From NCBI GenBank assembly GCA_049426725.1, contig JBMSYN010000012.1, positions 2,139-66,138 on the forward strand: a DNA stretch of 64,000 nucleotides. Reading direction: 5' to 3'. The notes under the pieces were generated by a model. That model saw only the letters and a list, made by a program, of their open reading frames with translations, was not told the origin of the DNA and did not search any database. Within the stretch, counting starts at the first letter, position 1, and each line of letters starts with the position of its first letter. Both the position numbers and the translations under genes were made by a program. This DNA is from Candidatus Kapaibacteriota bacterium (GTDB taxonomy: Bacteria; Bacteroidota; Ignavibacteria; Kapaibacteriales; UBA961). Shown in pieces: positions 50,106 through 60,340 of this stretch.

Positions 50106-50139
50106 AACCCCATTATGTTTTCATGATGGGGTTTTTTTT
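50106..50139 (+). terminator. Rho-independent terminator after rhodopsin
   Basis: AACCCCATTATG/CATGATGGGGTT stem followed by a T-run. Confidence 0.85.
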
Positions 50140-50205
50140 GACTATATCGTTGTTGAAAAGGAAGCTATTTTCTAAGTTATGGAAATATTTATCGGGATAT
50201 AAACC

Positions 50206-51309
50206 ATGAAGATTGGCATATTGAAAGAACCTGATTTCGAAACAAGAGTTTCTCTTCTTCCGGAAGCTGTTTCAATCTTGATCCGAAATGGTCATGAAGT
50301 ATTTGTTGAATCAAATGCAGGCATTGATGCTTTTGCTTCAAATGATGAGTATACAAAAGCGGGAGCAAACATTACCGATGCACATTTGATAAAGCAAGAA
50401 TGTTATATAATTCTATCAATGCACCCCAATTCAGTCATGGATGTTCAATCCTCAATACTGATTGGTGTCTATTCTCCACTCTCAGAAACTTCCACACTCA
50501 ATATTTTTGCTTCCAATCGCAACACTGTATTTTCCATGGACATGCTACCAAGAACCACTCGTGCGCAAAGCATGGACATCCTAAGTTCTCAAGCCAATAT
50601 CGCAGGATATAAAGCAGTATTGCTTGCAGCTACAACGTACTCGCGCTATTTCCCAATGTTCATGACAGCTGCGGGAAGCATTGCACCGGCAAAAATGCTC
50701 ATACTTGGGGCAGGTGTCGCCGGACTCCAAGCCATTGCAACAGCAAGACGCTTGGGTGCGGTGGTTGAAGTATTTGATACAAGACCTGCAGTGAAAGAAG
50801 AAGTGATGAGTTTAGGAGCAAAATTCATCGAAGTGGAAGGTGCAGCTGATGCAAGTTCTGCTGGAGGATATGCAGTTGAACAAAGTGAAAACTTCAAATT
50901 GAGACAGCAAGCTCGCATTGCAGAGAGTGCCGCCAAAGCAGACATCATCATAACAACCGCTCAAATCCCCGGAAGAAAAGCTCCTATATTGATTACTCAA
51001 GAAATGTTGAATTCAATGCGCAAAGGGAGCATCATCATTGATTTGGCAGCATCGACAGGTGGAAATACACCTCTGACGAAAGACAATGAAACGGTTTCAT
51101 ATAATGGAATAACAATCATTGGAAATAGCAATCTCGCTCGCATGATGCCTGCTGATGCAAGTAAACTCTATGGAAAAAACATCATCAACTTTTTACAATT
51201 GATCACCGGAAATGATGCCACGCTTCATCTCAATCTTGAAGATGATCTCGTGAAGGGCACATGCATCATGAAAGAAGGATCAATCATTCATGAACGATTG
51301 AGTAAATAA
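50206..51309 (+). CDS. pntAA: NAD(P) transhydrogenase alpha subunit part 1 (dI)
   Basis: ETRVS, RAQSMDILSSQ, GAGVAGL, GGYA and IPGRKAP. Confidence 0.93.
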   Translation: MKIGILKEPDFETRVSLLPEAVSILIRNGHEVFVESNAGIDAFASNDEYTKAGANITDAHLIKQECYIILSMHPNSVMDVQSSILIGVYSPLSETSTLNIFASNRNTVFSMDMLPRTTRAQSMDILSSQANIAGYKAVLLAATTYSRYFPMFMTAAGSIAPAKMLILGAGVAGLQAIATARRLGAVVEVFDTRPAVKEEVMSLGAKFIEVEGAADASSAGGYAVEQSENFKLRQQARIAESAAKADIIITTAQIPGRKAPILITQEMLNSMRKGSIIIDLAASTGGNTPLTKDNETVSYNGITIIGNSNLARMMPADASKLYGKNIINFLQLITGNDATLHLNLEDDLVKGTCIMKEGSIIHERLSK

Positions 51310-51313
51310 GATT

Positions 51314-51622
51314 ATGGAACAAATCATGCAATGGTTTGCCGAACATCAAGACATGATATACATCGTGATACTCATGATTTTTGTTGGCATCGAAGTTATT
51401 GGACGGGTGCCAAGCGTTTTGCATACACCACTCATGAGTGGTGCCAATGCCATACACGGGGTGGTGATCATCGGCGCCATCATTGTGATGGGAAATGCAA
51501 GTCCCGATGACATGGTAGCACTCATATTGGGTTTTCTTGCAGTGATATTGGGAACGCTCAATGTTGTGGGTGGATTTGTTGTCACCGATAGAATGCTTGA
51601 AATGTTCAACAAGAAAAAGTAA
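51314..51622 (+). CDS. pntAB: NAD(P) transhydrogenase alpha subunit part 2
   Basis: LHTPLMSGANAI and NVVGGFVVTDRML. Confidence 0.93.
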   Translation: MEQIMQWFAEHQDMIYIVILMIFVGIEVIGRVPSVLHTPLMSGANAIHGVVIIGAIIVMGNASPDDMVALILGFLAVILGTLNVVGGFVVTDRMLEMFNKKK

Positions 51623-51627
51623 AAGAC

Positions 51628-53067
51628 ATGGATTCAATACTTCTTTTCATTTATTTGATTGCTTCAATCACATTCATTCTTGGATTGAAGATGCTCTCAA
51701 ATCCAAAATCAGCACGCAAAGGTAATACAGTAGCTTCTTTGGGAATGGGATTGGCAATCATCGGTACCATAGCGCTTTACAAAAATGAATTGGGCGATCA
51801 TCTTGGCAATCATGTTTGGATTATATGCGGTCTGGCAATAGGTGGAATCATTGGAACTATGTCTGCGAAGAAAGTGCAAATGACAGCCATGCCACAAATG
51901 GTGAGTTTATTCAATGGCATGGGTGGTGCATGCGCAGCACTGATTTCAATCATTGAATTCAAACATTTGGTGCATGATTTCAAACCTGAATTATATGCAG
52001 GAGGCGGATACACATATTTTTCAATGCTAGATGGTGCTTCCCTACTGGTCATCATGGCAGGATTGATCATTGGTTCGGTTTCTTTTACGGGTTCCATGAT
52101 TGCATGGGCAAAATTGGATGGCAGATTGAATGACTATGCTTTCAATGGACAACATATCGTGAATATCTGTCTTCTACTTGTCACCATTGGTCTTACATCC
52201 ATGATATTGTTTCTTCGTCCTGAAGAGACAATTGAATTTTTCTATGCAGTATTGGTTTTATCAGCTCTCTATGGCATCCTTTTCGTGCTACCGATTGGTG
52301 GCGCAGACATGCCTGTTGTTATTTCATTACTAAATTCATTCACAGGTATTGCTGCAGCATGTGGGGGATTTCTCTATGATAATTCAGCAATGCTCACCGG
52401 AGGAATTTTGGTTGGAGCAGCGGGAACATTACTCACGGTGCTCATGTGCAATGCAATGAATAGATCATTGTTGAATGTATTGATCGGTTCATTTGGTGCC
52501 GGTGCTCAAGGAAGTCAAAGCGCGGGAGTTCAAGGAACTTACAAAGAAATGTCAATCTCCGATGCCGCCGTTTTGATGTCATATTCATCAAAAGTTGTGA
52601 TTGTACCCGGATATGGTCTCGCGGTTGCACAAGCCCAACATGCATGTCATGAACTCGAAAAATTACTTGCAGAAAAAGGCGTTGATGTCATCTATGCTAT
52701 ACATCCGGTTGCCGGCAGAATGCCCGGTCACATGAATGTCCTACTCGCCGAAGCAGATGTTCCCTATGAAAAACTCAAAGAAATGGAAGAAATCAATGAT
52801 GACTTTCCATCTGTGGATGCAGTCTTGGTTTTGGGTGCCAATGATGTGGTAAATCCTGCCGCCAAGACAGATCCAAATTCTCCGATTTACGGAATGCCCA
52901 TACTCGATGTTGAATTGGCAAAACATGTCATAGTCAATAAGCGAAGCATGAAACCCGGATATGCAGGGATAGAGAATGAACTCTTTTTCCGACCCAAAAC
53001 CTCCATGCTCTTTGGCGATTCAAAAAAAGTTCTACAGGATTTAATAGCTGAAATCAAAAACTTGTAA
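51628..53067 (+). CDS. pntB: NAD(P) transhydrogenase beta subunit
   Basis: MTAMPQMV, GGADMPVVIS.LNS, PGYGLAVAQAQ, HPVAGRMPGHMNV and GANDVVNPAA. Confidence 0.95.
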   Translation: MDSILLFIYLIASITFILGLKMLSNPKSARKGNTVASLGMGLAIIGTIALYKNELGDHLGNHVWIICGLAIGGIIGTMSAKKVQMTAMPQMVSLFNGMGGACAALISIIEFKHLVHDFKPELYAGGGYTYFSMLDGASLLVIMAGLIIGSVSFTGSMIAWAKLDGRLNDYAFNGQHIVNICLLLVTIGLTSMILFLRPEETIEFFYAVLVLSALYGILFVLPIGGADMPVVISLLNSFTGIAAACGGFLYDNSAMLTGGILVGAAGTLLTVLMCNAMNRSLLNVLIGSFGAGAQGSQSAGVQGTYKEMSISDAAVLMSYSSKVVIVPGYGLAVAQAQHACHELEKLLAEKGVDVIYAIHPVAGRMPGHMNVLLAEADVPYEKLKEMEEINDDFPSVDAVLVLGANDVVNPAAKTDPNSPIYGMPILDVELAKHVIVNKRSMKPGYAGIENELFFRPKTSMLFGDSKKVLQDLIAEIKNL

Positions 53068-53069
53068 CT

Positions 53070-53348
53070 TTGCATATGCTTTTTAGAGCAATGCCAATGA
53101 AACGACATAACACATTTCAAAAGAATCTACTCATATTTGCCTCATCAATGATGGCAGCAATCATATTGTTTTTATATGGATCTATATTGCACACCATTCT
53201 GCTTCAAGGGAAACAATTTGAATGGATGGACATATTGAAACCATTTGCCTTGGATCAGGTGAAAGATATCACTGCATTTGTTCAATCATTCATTGTATTA
53301 ATCATTGAATTTTGTATCGAATTTTTAAAATCATTTTTTAATCGTTGA
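53070..53348 (+). CDS. Small hypothetical membrane protein
   Basis: Two hydrophobic segments, directly follows pntB; start uncertain. Confidence 0.4.
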   Translation: MHMLFRAMPMKRHNTFQKNLLIFASSMMAAIILFLYGSILHTILLQGKQFEWMDILKPFALDQVKDITAFVQSFIVLIIEFCIEFLKSFFNR

Positions 53349-53398
53349 CATATAGTGAAATCGTAACAAGGGTTTTTTTTCACAATCTCTTTTCTTTC

Positions 53399-54433
53399 AT
53401 GAGGGCTTTCTTACTTTCTGTGATTCTCATTGGTTACATACATGCAAAACCAACGTGGAAACTTCGAATTGCGTCGTCAAAATTTCCTACTCAAGATTTG
53501 CAATTCTCAACAAATGCATATGATCGAGATAAGAATATTGTATATGCTTTTGGTAGGAATCATCTATTTTCAATCCATCTAGATGATAGCCGCGTAGATA
53601 GTACTGCTTGGAAATCGCATATACAACTTGGGGACAAATTCACCTTGGACGCAAAAAGAAATCGAATTCTCTTTGGATTGGGTGGCAAAAAGGGGAAATA
53701 TGCTGTTGACTTACTATCGGGTGATGTCACACCATATTCTTTTCATAGGGAAGATGAAGAATCTCATTATGCAGCATTATACTGGAATGAAAAAAAAGAA
53801 TGCTTGGGATATTTCGGTGGTTATGGCTTTTATCAACTACGAAATTGGGCATTTGAATATGATGGGAATGGGAATTGGATTGCTGTTTCGCCGAATATAG
53901 ACAATTGCAATCCTCCAAAAAGAACGCATTCAAGGTTCATCCTTGGTCATCCTGATAAACCACATCTGTATATATTGTCCGGCTTTGGAAGTTGCTCAGG
54001 AAAACAACTCGAACAAACATGTGTAAATGGAATATCTGAAAAAAATGACTTGGGAAGTTGGTGTTGGCTTAGAGATCTATTTCTCTATGATTATCAACAA
54101 TACACTTTCACACAAATCATTGGACCCCATGAAGAAAGCATCAAGATGGAAGGAGTTGGTGTTTATGATTATCATACCAATTCATTCTATATCGTAGGTG
54201 GCCGCCTGCCTCATATAGAAGGAAGCAACATAATTGACGATTCTTTCCAAAACAAAGTACTCAAATTGAGAATTGGTAAAGACAAAACATTCAAGAACTT
54301 TGATACCAATACCAAAGGCATGAAACAGACAACTTGGTATGAACAATACAATTACTCTGCATACTATAATCCAAAACGTAAAAGCTTGATCTGGTTCAGA
54401 AGCGATGGAATGTGGGAATTGCAATTGAAGTAA
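53399..54433 (+). CDS. Secreted Kelch-like/beta-propeller protein
   Basis: Signal peptide; repeated YxFGG/YIxGG blade motifs. Confidence 0.55.
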   Translation: MRAFLLSVILIGYIHAKPTWKLRIASSKFPTQDLQFSTNAYDRDKNIVYAFGRNHLFSIHLDDSRVDSTAWKSHIQLGDKFTLDAKRNRILFGLGGKKGKYAVDLLSGDVTPYSFHREDEESHYAALYWNEKKECLGYFGGYGFYQLRNWAFEYDGNGNWIAVSPNIDNCNPPKRTHSRFILGHPDKPHLYILSGFGSCSGKQLEQTCVNGISEKNDLGSWCWLRDLFLYDYQQYTFTQIIGPHEESIKMEGVGVYDYHTNSFYIVGGRLPHIEGSNIIDDSFQNKVLKLRIGKDKTFKNFDTNTKGMKQTTWYEQYNYSAYYNPKRKSLIWFRSDGMWELQLK

Positions 54434-54434
54434 G

Positions 54435-54851
54435 TTATTTCTTCTTCAAAGTAACAGTACGCATCTTTGCAATATCAGTAAATGTAATCTCTTGCCCAGT
54501 CTTTGGAATGCCTAAATAGAACTTTCCCGACACGGTTGTATTTCCTTGTTTAGCAGACACAGAACATAATAAGTTGTAAGACTGACTATTCTCAGTTAAT
54601 ACTGAATATGTTCCCGTATATGCAAACATCTTGCCCGAGTTCAAATCATACATCAGCCATTTTACCTGCTTTTTGGACCCCAATTCAATCAAATCATCTT
54701 TTGAATTGGTGTTTTTTTGACTTTTTTGAGAAATCGTGATTTTCCCTTGATATTGTCCTAAATATGACTTGGGTAATTCTTGCTGTGTGCCTGCGAACAC
54801 AAGCATAAATGAACAGACAAGCATCAATGCTATAACAATATACGGCCTCAT
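54435..54851 (-). CDS. Hypothetical exported protein
   Basis: Signal peptide, AAGGAG SD and upstream TAGATTTG element. Confidence 0.6.
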   Translation of the reverse strand: MRPYIVIALMLVCSFMLVFAGTQQELPKSYLGQYQGKITISQKSQKNTNSKDDLIELGSKKQVKWLMYDLNSGKMFAYTGTYSVLTENSQSYNLLCSVSAKQGNTTVSGKFYLGIPKTGQEITFTDIAKMRTVTLKKK

Positions 54852-54956
54852 ATTCTTCTCCTTGTCAAACCAGTTTTACAAATCTAAAGTAGTTCAATAA
54901 GCCTAATTTACAAATTAGGCACAAATATTGCAGATGAATGCTTACATCTTTATTCT

Positions 54957-55442
54957 ATGAGGAAAGCGATGAAGTGGTTAGCATTATTCTTTGTTGTGAT
55001 GAGCATTCAGAATGTATCAGCACAGCAAGCATTTGTAGCAACCGGAGATGATGTCAGCACCGGCTTTGGGTCTGTATCATTTACAGTAGGACAATTGAGT
55101 GTTGAATCAGATGCAACAAAAAAAGGCGCTGTCATCTCAGGCATACAATTACCAATAGAATTATTCAAAAATCCGGTCAGCACCGATGAAACCGTAGAAG
55201 GTATCATTGTTGAACCATTTCCAAATCCAACTATGGATAATGTTAAAATTACTATCCCAACACAACGTGTGGGACCATTCGTGATATCACTTATTGATAT
55301 AACCGGAAGCATAAAGAAAAAGATGATTGTTGAAAATCACGAACATACAGTCATGCTTTCAAGCGAGCCTGCCGGACATTATTCAATATTGATATCAGAG
55401 CAAGATAAAGTCATTGCATCTTATTCCATAATCAAGCATTAA
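54957..55442 (+). CDS. Small T9SS CTD-bearing protein
   Basis: Signal peptide, GSVSFTVGQ...GIQLP, then FPNP...GHY CTD. Confidence 0.75.
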   Translation: MRKAMKWLALFFVVMSIQNVSAQQAFVATGDDVSTGFGSVSFTVGQLSVESDATKKGAVISGIQLPIELFKNPVSTDETVEGIIVEPFPNPTMDNVKITIPTQRVGPFVISLIDITGSIKKKMIVENHEHTVMLSSEPAGHYSILISEQDKVIASYSIIKH

Positions 55443-55451
55443 GAGGAAATC

Positions 55452-56477
55452 ATGAATTTAATTAGAATGTATATAGTACTATTGTTGATGGGTATAGTAT
55501 CATTTGCATCAATGATTTCAAATGAAATACCTAAATCCATTTCTTATCAAGCAATCATTAGAAATGGAAGTCAAGGTCTTATTGTGAATGGAACAGTTTC
55601 CGTTCGCCTTAGCATACTTAAAGATTCAGAATTTGGATCACCTGTTTATGTTGAGAGACATAGTGCAAAAACAAATGCAAATGGTTTACTGACTTTGCAG
55701 ATTGGAGCAGGTAATCCATTATTCGGAAGATTTCAAAGTGTGGAATGGGCAAATGGTCCCTTCTTTTTACGGACAGAAACAGATCCAAATGGCGGAACTG
55801 AATATGGAATCACTACAGTAAGTCAAATCCTTACTGTTCCCTATGCAATTCAATCACAATATGCAATAAAAGCAGATAGCGTAAAAGTTGAGAATGATCC
55901 AAAATTTACAAATTCACTTGCTGCTTCGATCACTACTCAAGACACAGCAAGATGGAATGCAAAAGTAATTGAAGAAGATCCTGTATTTAGTGCATCAGCA
56001 GCGGCTTTGTTGGACACATTTTACCTTGCAAAAATTGATTCAGCTTTGACTATTGAATCAGATCCGAAATTCATTGCTTGGGATAAAGATTATGCCGACT
56101 TGACAAATAAACCAACAATCGATGGTTCTGAAACAAAGTTGACAGGAAGAGGTGCTATTACCGTTACGGGTATTGGAACCGTAGACACGCCTTATACAAT
56201 TGGAATGACACCTGTTGTACTAAATTCAACAATCAATAATACCAACTCAATCGCACTTCAGGGTAATGCATCATTGTTCATCATTCAAAGTAATAATGAT
56301 GGCGTGGTAGACAAAATAACATTACCTCCCACAGGTGACCTCGGTCAGGTACTATATGTTCTCCATAAAAGAACCACACAAGGTGATAGCCCCGAGATCA
56401 ATCTCATTTCCCTTTCCGGAAATCATTTCACCTTTGTCTTTGCGGACGGAGAATGGAAATTATTCGGTGAACTTTAA
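55452..56477 (+). CDS. Secreted fibre-like protein (SYQAIIRN...VPYA N-terminal domain, ExDP repeats)
   Basis: Conserved Bacteroidota-type N-domain; ENDPKF, EEDPVF and ESDPKF repeats; DYADLTNKP; no CTD. Confidence 0.6.
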   Translation: MNLIRMYIVLLLMGIVSFASMISNEIPKSISYQAIIRNGSQGLIVNGTVSVRLSILKDSEFGSPVYVERHSAKTNANGLLTLQIGAGNPLFGRFQSVEWANGPFFLRTETDPNGGTEYGITTVSQILTVPYAIQSQYAIKADSVKVENDPKFTNSLAASITTQDTARWNAKVIEEDPVFSASAAALLDTFYLAKIDSALTIESDPKFIAWDKDYADLTNKPTIDGSETKLTGRGAITVTGIGTVDTPYTIGMTPVVLNSTINNTNSIALQGNASLFIIQSNNDGVVDKITLPPTGDLGQVLYVLHKRTTQGDSPEINLISLSGNHFTFVFADGEWKLFGEL

Positions 56478-56517
56478 AACCGGCATTCTATGCCAATATC
56501 GGACCGAGGAGTTCGAT

Positions 56518-56546
56518 AAAAAAAGCCTCTTTATGAGGCTTTTTTT
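56518..56546. terminator. Bidirectional terminator
   Basis: A7-GCCTC-TTTAT-GAGGC-T7 between convergent genes. Confidence 0.85.
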
Positions 56547-59500
56547 ATAGTAAAATGGATTTCTTTGCAAGCATTATGTGATTTTCAATTGCCTTTCTTA
56601 TCTCAGGCATTTCTTCTAACTTCCATGAGTATTCCCTAATCCAATCTGCTTGTACCCGATCCTTGATCATATTCGTAAAAAGCAATCGAGTAATGATGGT
56701 TTTCTGTTCGGGGTAGAGCAGGTGAAGAATATATGCATAATACTTCATCTGAATTTCATATCGTTTTGATAGGATGTCAACCTCGTGTTCATTTGAACAT
56801 GCATTGGTCTTCCAATCCCATATCTCAGCAGTTCCATCCTCTTTTTCGATTAAGACATCATAGATAACGACAAAGAAATCTTCATTCACAGGAATAGAAA
56901 GTGAATACTCGGTTTTAGCACCAGGTAAGTGAGCAATGTTCTCTTGAATCAATTCTGTTTGATGAATATTTCTGAAAAGCGTATTCAATGTAATCATCAC
57001 ATGATTCTTATCTTTTGAATTCATCATGATTGCATTCACTTCTGCATCAATCATTGATTCAAGAATATCAGAGTTGATTTCACCATCAGAGTTTATCCAT
57101 GTATTGATATGTTGCAAGATTCGATGTACCAAAACACCATATTGTGCAGCATTGATATCCTGATGAGTTTCATCATTCATGAAGCCGGCATGATGCTCAG
57201 ATTTAACATCAGGAAAACCAAATACATACTTTTTTCTGAATTCAGATTGATCTGTTTCAAGCATCATGAATTGTGAAGTTGAATACCATTCATCTTTATA
57301 TTCCTGCTTTGTTTGTTCAAACAATTGAAGGACATTCTCCTGTTTCGTTTCTCCATCAGATTGATTCAATTGTATCTCTATTGTCGAGGATTGTCTTGAA
57401 ACCGGAATCTTCACATTGATTTCTCTACGATTTTCCTGCTCTGAGTCAAGAATCTGTATCTCTGTTTCAAACAAAGACGAAGTCAAGGATTGACTCACTA
57501 TTTGATATGCACCCGAGTGTGTTGCAATCAATTGCATCATGCTTTTCTCAGCAAAATCTTTTCCTTCTTTATGTGATGTAGAAATGAAAAGATGATCTTT
57601 TGCTCTTGTCAATGCAACATAGAGAAGACGTTTTTTTTCTGCAAGTGCTCTTGCCTTTCTCTCCATAGACACAGCCATTGAAAGGAGGGATGGTTCTATG
57701 TCATGCGCACCGGATACACGATATTCCTTGATGATTGGCAAACCTATTCCGAATTGGTCTGATTCATACAGTGCAGGAGCTGTGCTTCGTTCTTTTGCAT
57801 TTGTATCGTACAAGAACACAATCGGAAATTCCAATCCTTTTGATGCATGGATTGTCATTAAATTGACTGCATTCTCGGTATTGACAATTGGTGCTTCAGA
57901 TTCATCATCGAATTCGGCTGCAAGATGTAATTCTTGTACAAATGCATGAATATGCCGAAATCCTCTTTGTTCAAATTCTCTAGCTATGGCAATCATCTTA
58001 TCTGCATTTGCCAACCATTGGGCGCCATCTTCCATTGTCTTCACAATATTACGCCAATGTGATGCTTCAAGCATTGTATGAATGAGAATTGGCAATGACA
58101 TTGTTTGTGCTTTATGTAATAAAGCTAAGAGTATCGTTCTCGCTTGTAGAACTTGTTCTGGCACATTTGATTTGGATTCAACAAATAGATTGATTCCTTC
58201 CCACAAGCTTTTTTGAGTATATGCAGACTTTATTGCATACAAATCATCATCTTCCACGCTAAAAAATGGTGACAAAAGAATTCCGGCAAGTGCTACATCA
58301 TCATTGCTATTACTTAAAAATGTTAAATAATTCCTGATGTCAACAATTGCTGGTGATGTATAAAAGCCCTTATTTCCCGTTGTAAAGTATGGTATGCCCT
58401 CTGCTCTCAATGCCGCCATGAGAAGATTCACCATGGTTCTTCTTTCATAAAGGATTGTGCAGTCTGAATATGTAACATCTCTCAGATAATCTTGTTTATC
58501 TCCTTGTTCAACTTTTTTTGTATCCCAGACTTTTTTGCTTTTGTTCACCACCATGTCTTTTATCGCAGAAGCAATCAAGCCTGCTTCATCGATCATTGCT
58601 TGTGATTCATCATCCTCGTTTTGTGTATGAATGAGAAATGTCACACTACCTATTTCTTGCGATTCCAATAGTTCATGTGTTACATTTCTCCCACCAATCA
58701 TTTCTTCATATCCCACTTCATAGCCATTGTCTGATCCTCTCATCAATGTTGAGAACAAATCATTAATGAAACCTATGATTCCGGGCAATAATCGGAAAGA
58801 TGTTGAGAGTGATAATTTTCCTGTGCTTTCTTCCTCACTCATGTGCTTGGATTGGTGAATCGTTCCATTGAGTTGATTCGCTTTTTGTATGTCTTTCGAT
58901 GCCTGACCAAAAACTCGAACATCTGCGGATCTGAATCCATAAATACTTTGCTTGGGATCACCCACGATATAGAGATTCACATCTGATTGACTTGATTCAC
59001 CTTTCAATGATCGCACTATTCGTGATGCCAATTCATATTGCATTGCATTTGTATCTTGAAACTCATCAATCATCAGAAATCTGATACGCGATCTGATTTT
59101 AGGACCTGCATCAGGATGATCCAATAATTCCATTGCAATGGATTGAACATCACTGAATTCCAATGTGCCTTCATTTCTTTTCTGTGTTTCAAAAAGAGAA
59201 CATGCATATATGGCGATATCGAGTATTAATCGTGAAAACTGCAAAGCTTCCTTTTCAGCGGAAAGTGAGTCTCCCGATAATTTCTTTCCGATGTCAGAAA
59301 CAATACATATTCCCTGGCATTGTGTTCTGGTTATATCTATCAAAGAATAGAATGAAGATATCCAGTCATCAAGTGGAATATCGGAGAACTTATGATAATT
59401 CGCTGTTGGTACTTTTTTTTGCGTCACATAACTTGAAACGATCGTCTTGCATAACGCATCGAATGATTGGAGATATTGAAACACTTCTTCATGTAACGGA

Positions 59501-60270
59501 CCCAAAAGCACTTTCTCACATTGCAATTGTAATGTTTTCCAAGCATCCACATGTTGTTTGCCAATATAACTTGCATCTGTAAACCCGGGTAATCTATGCA
59601 CTGCATCAAAGATGAGAATCATTTTTGAATGTAATTCATTTCTTATGGCATCCCAAGCATGTGCAATGATTGTTTCTTCATTCTGATTATGAATCTTATG
59701 CAATACCTGCAAAGCCATTGACCCCTTTTTTAGAAGATGATCGAGTGCATTAGTGATTGTAGAGTGATGGTGTTTATGAAAGAGGTTGTGTACCTTTTCA
59801 TGTTCCGGATTTTCTGAACTGAGGAAGTAGATCAATGCCTCTTCTATGCATTGCATTCGCATCGCAACTGCTTTGCTGGTAGGCAGAGGTGTGATTGTAT
59901 GAGGAACACCTGCTTCGATGGGGTATTCACGCACGATTTGATTACAAAAAGAATCAATTGTCGAAATTCTTGCCGAGCTAAGATGTTGTCGTATTCTCGA
60001 CCACATTTCAACATCAAGCATACGCTCTTGATTGATTGCATCTTGCAATTTTTCTTCCACTGCATCCATCACTCTTTTCATCATTTCTGCTGCAGCTTTG
60101 CGTGTGAATGTGATTGCAATGATGGATGATAAATCAATCCCCGGATATTGCTCCAAGATATGGATGAATCTCTGTACCAATACTCGTGTTTTTCCGCTTC
60201 CTGCCCCTGCGGAAACAGAGATGTGTCGGTCAATTGCCCTACCTAATTGTTGTTCTCTCGTTTCTTTCAT
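56545..60270 (-). CDS. addA: AddA/RecB-like UvrD helicase with C-terminal PD-(D/E)xK nuclease
   Basis: AGAGSGKT, ITFT.KAA, DEFQDT, VGDPKQSIYGFR, MTIHASKGLEF and LLYVALTRA; D...DWKT...Q..YY. Confidence 0.85.
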   Translation of the reverse strand: MKETREQQLGRAIDRHISVSAGAGSGKTRVLVQRFIHILEQYPGIDLSSIIAITFTRKAAAEMMKRVMDAVEEKLQDAINQERMLDVEMWSRIRQHLSSARISTIDSFCNQIVREYPIEAGVPHTITPLPTSKAVAMRMQCIEEALIYFLSSENPEHEKVHNLFHKHHHSTITNALDHLLKKGSMALQVLHKIHNQNEETIIAHAWDAIRNELHSKMILIFDAVHRLPGFTDASYIGKQHVDAWKTLQLQCEKVLLGPLHEEVFQYLQSFDALCKTIVSSYVTQKKVPTANYHKFSDIPLDDWISSFYSLIDITRTQCQGICIVSDIGKKLSGDSLSAEKEALQFSRLILDIAIYACSLFETQKRNEGTLEFSDVQSIAMELLDHPDAGPKIRSRIRFLMIDEFQDTNAMQYELASRIVRSLKGESSQSDVNLYIVGDPKQSIYGFRSADVRVFGQASKDIQKANQLNGTIHQSKHMSEEESTGKLSLSTSFRLLPGIIGFINDLFSTLMRGSDNGYEVGYEEMIGGRNVTHELLESQEIGSVTFLIHTQNEDDESQAMIDEAGLIASAIKDMVVNKSKKVWDTKKVEQGDKQDYLRDVTYSDCTILYERRTMVNLLMAALRAEGIPYFTTGNKGFYTSPAIVDIRNYLTFLSNSNDDVALAGILLSPFFSVEDDDLYAIKSAYTQKSLWEGINLFVESKSNVPEQVLQARTILLALLHKAQTMSLPILIHTMLEASHWRNIVKTMEDGAQWLANADKMIAIAREFEQRGFRHIHAFVQELHLAAEFDDESEAPIVNTENAVNLMTIHASKGLEFPIVFLYDTNAKERSTAPALYESDQFGIGLPIIKEYRVSGAHDIEPSLLSMAVSMERKARALAEKKRLLYVALTRAKDHLFISTSHKEGKDFAEKSMMQLIATHSGAYQIVSQSLTSSLFETEIQILDSEQENRREINVKIPVSRQSSTIEIQLNQSDGETKQENVLQLFEQTKQEYKDEWYSTSQFMMLETDQSEFRKKYVFGFPDVKSEHHAGFMNDETHQDINAAQYGVLVHRILQHINTWINSDGEINSDILESMIDAEVNAIMMNSKDKNHVMITLNTLFRNIHQTELIQENIAHLPGAKTEYSLSIPVNEDFFVVIYDVLIEKEDGTAEIWDWKTNACSNEHEVDILSKRYEIQMKYYAYILHLLYPEQKTIITRLLFTNMIKDRVQADWIREYSWKLEEMPEIRKAIENHIMLAKKSILL

Positions 60271-60285
60271 GGTTTTTAAACAGAG

Positions 60286-60321
60286 AAAAAAAGCCCGACA
60301 GTGTATTCACGGTCGGGCTTT
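60286..60321 (-). terminator. Rho-independent terminator after FKBP gene
   Basis: Minus strand AAAGCCCGAC...GTCGGGCTTTTTTT. Confidence 0.85.
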
Positions 60322-60340
60322 GAATATTCAAAACGTGAAT

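Noticed and set aside
50084-50205. Single rhodopsin-pnt operon
   Set aside because: A strong intrinsic terminator lies between them; co-transcription is not supported from sequence
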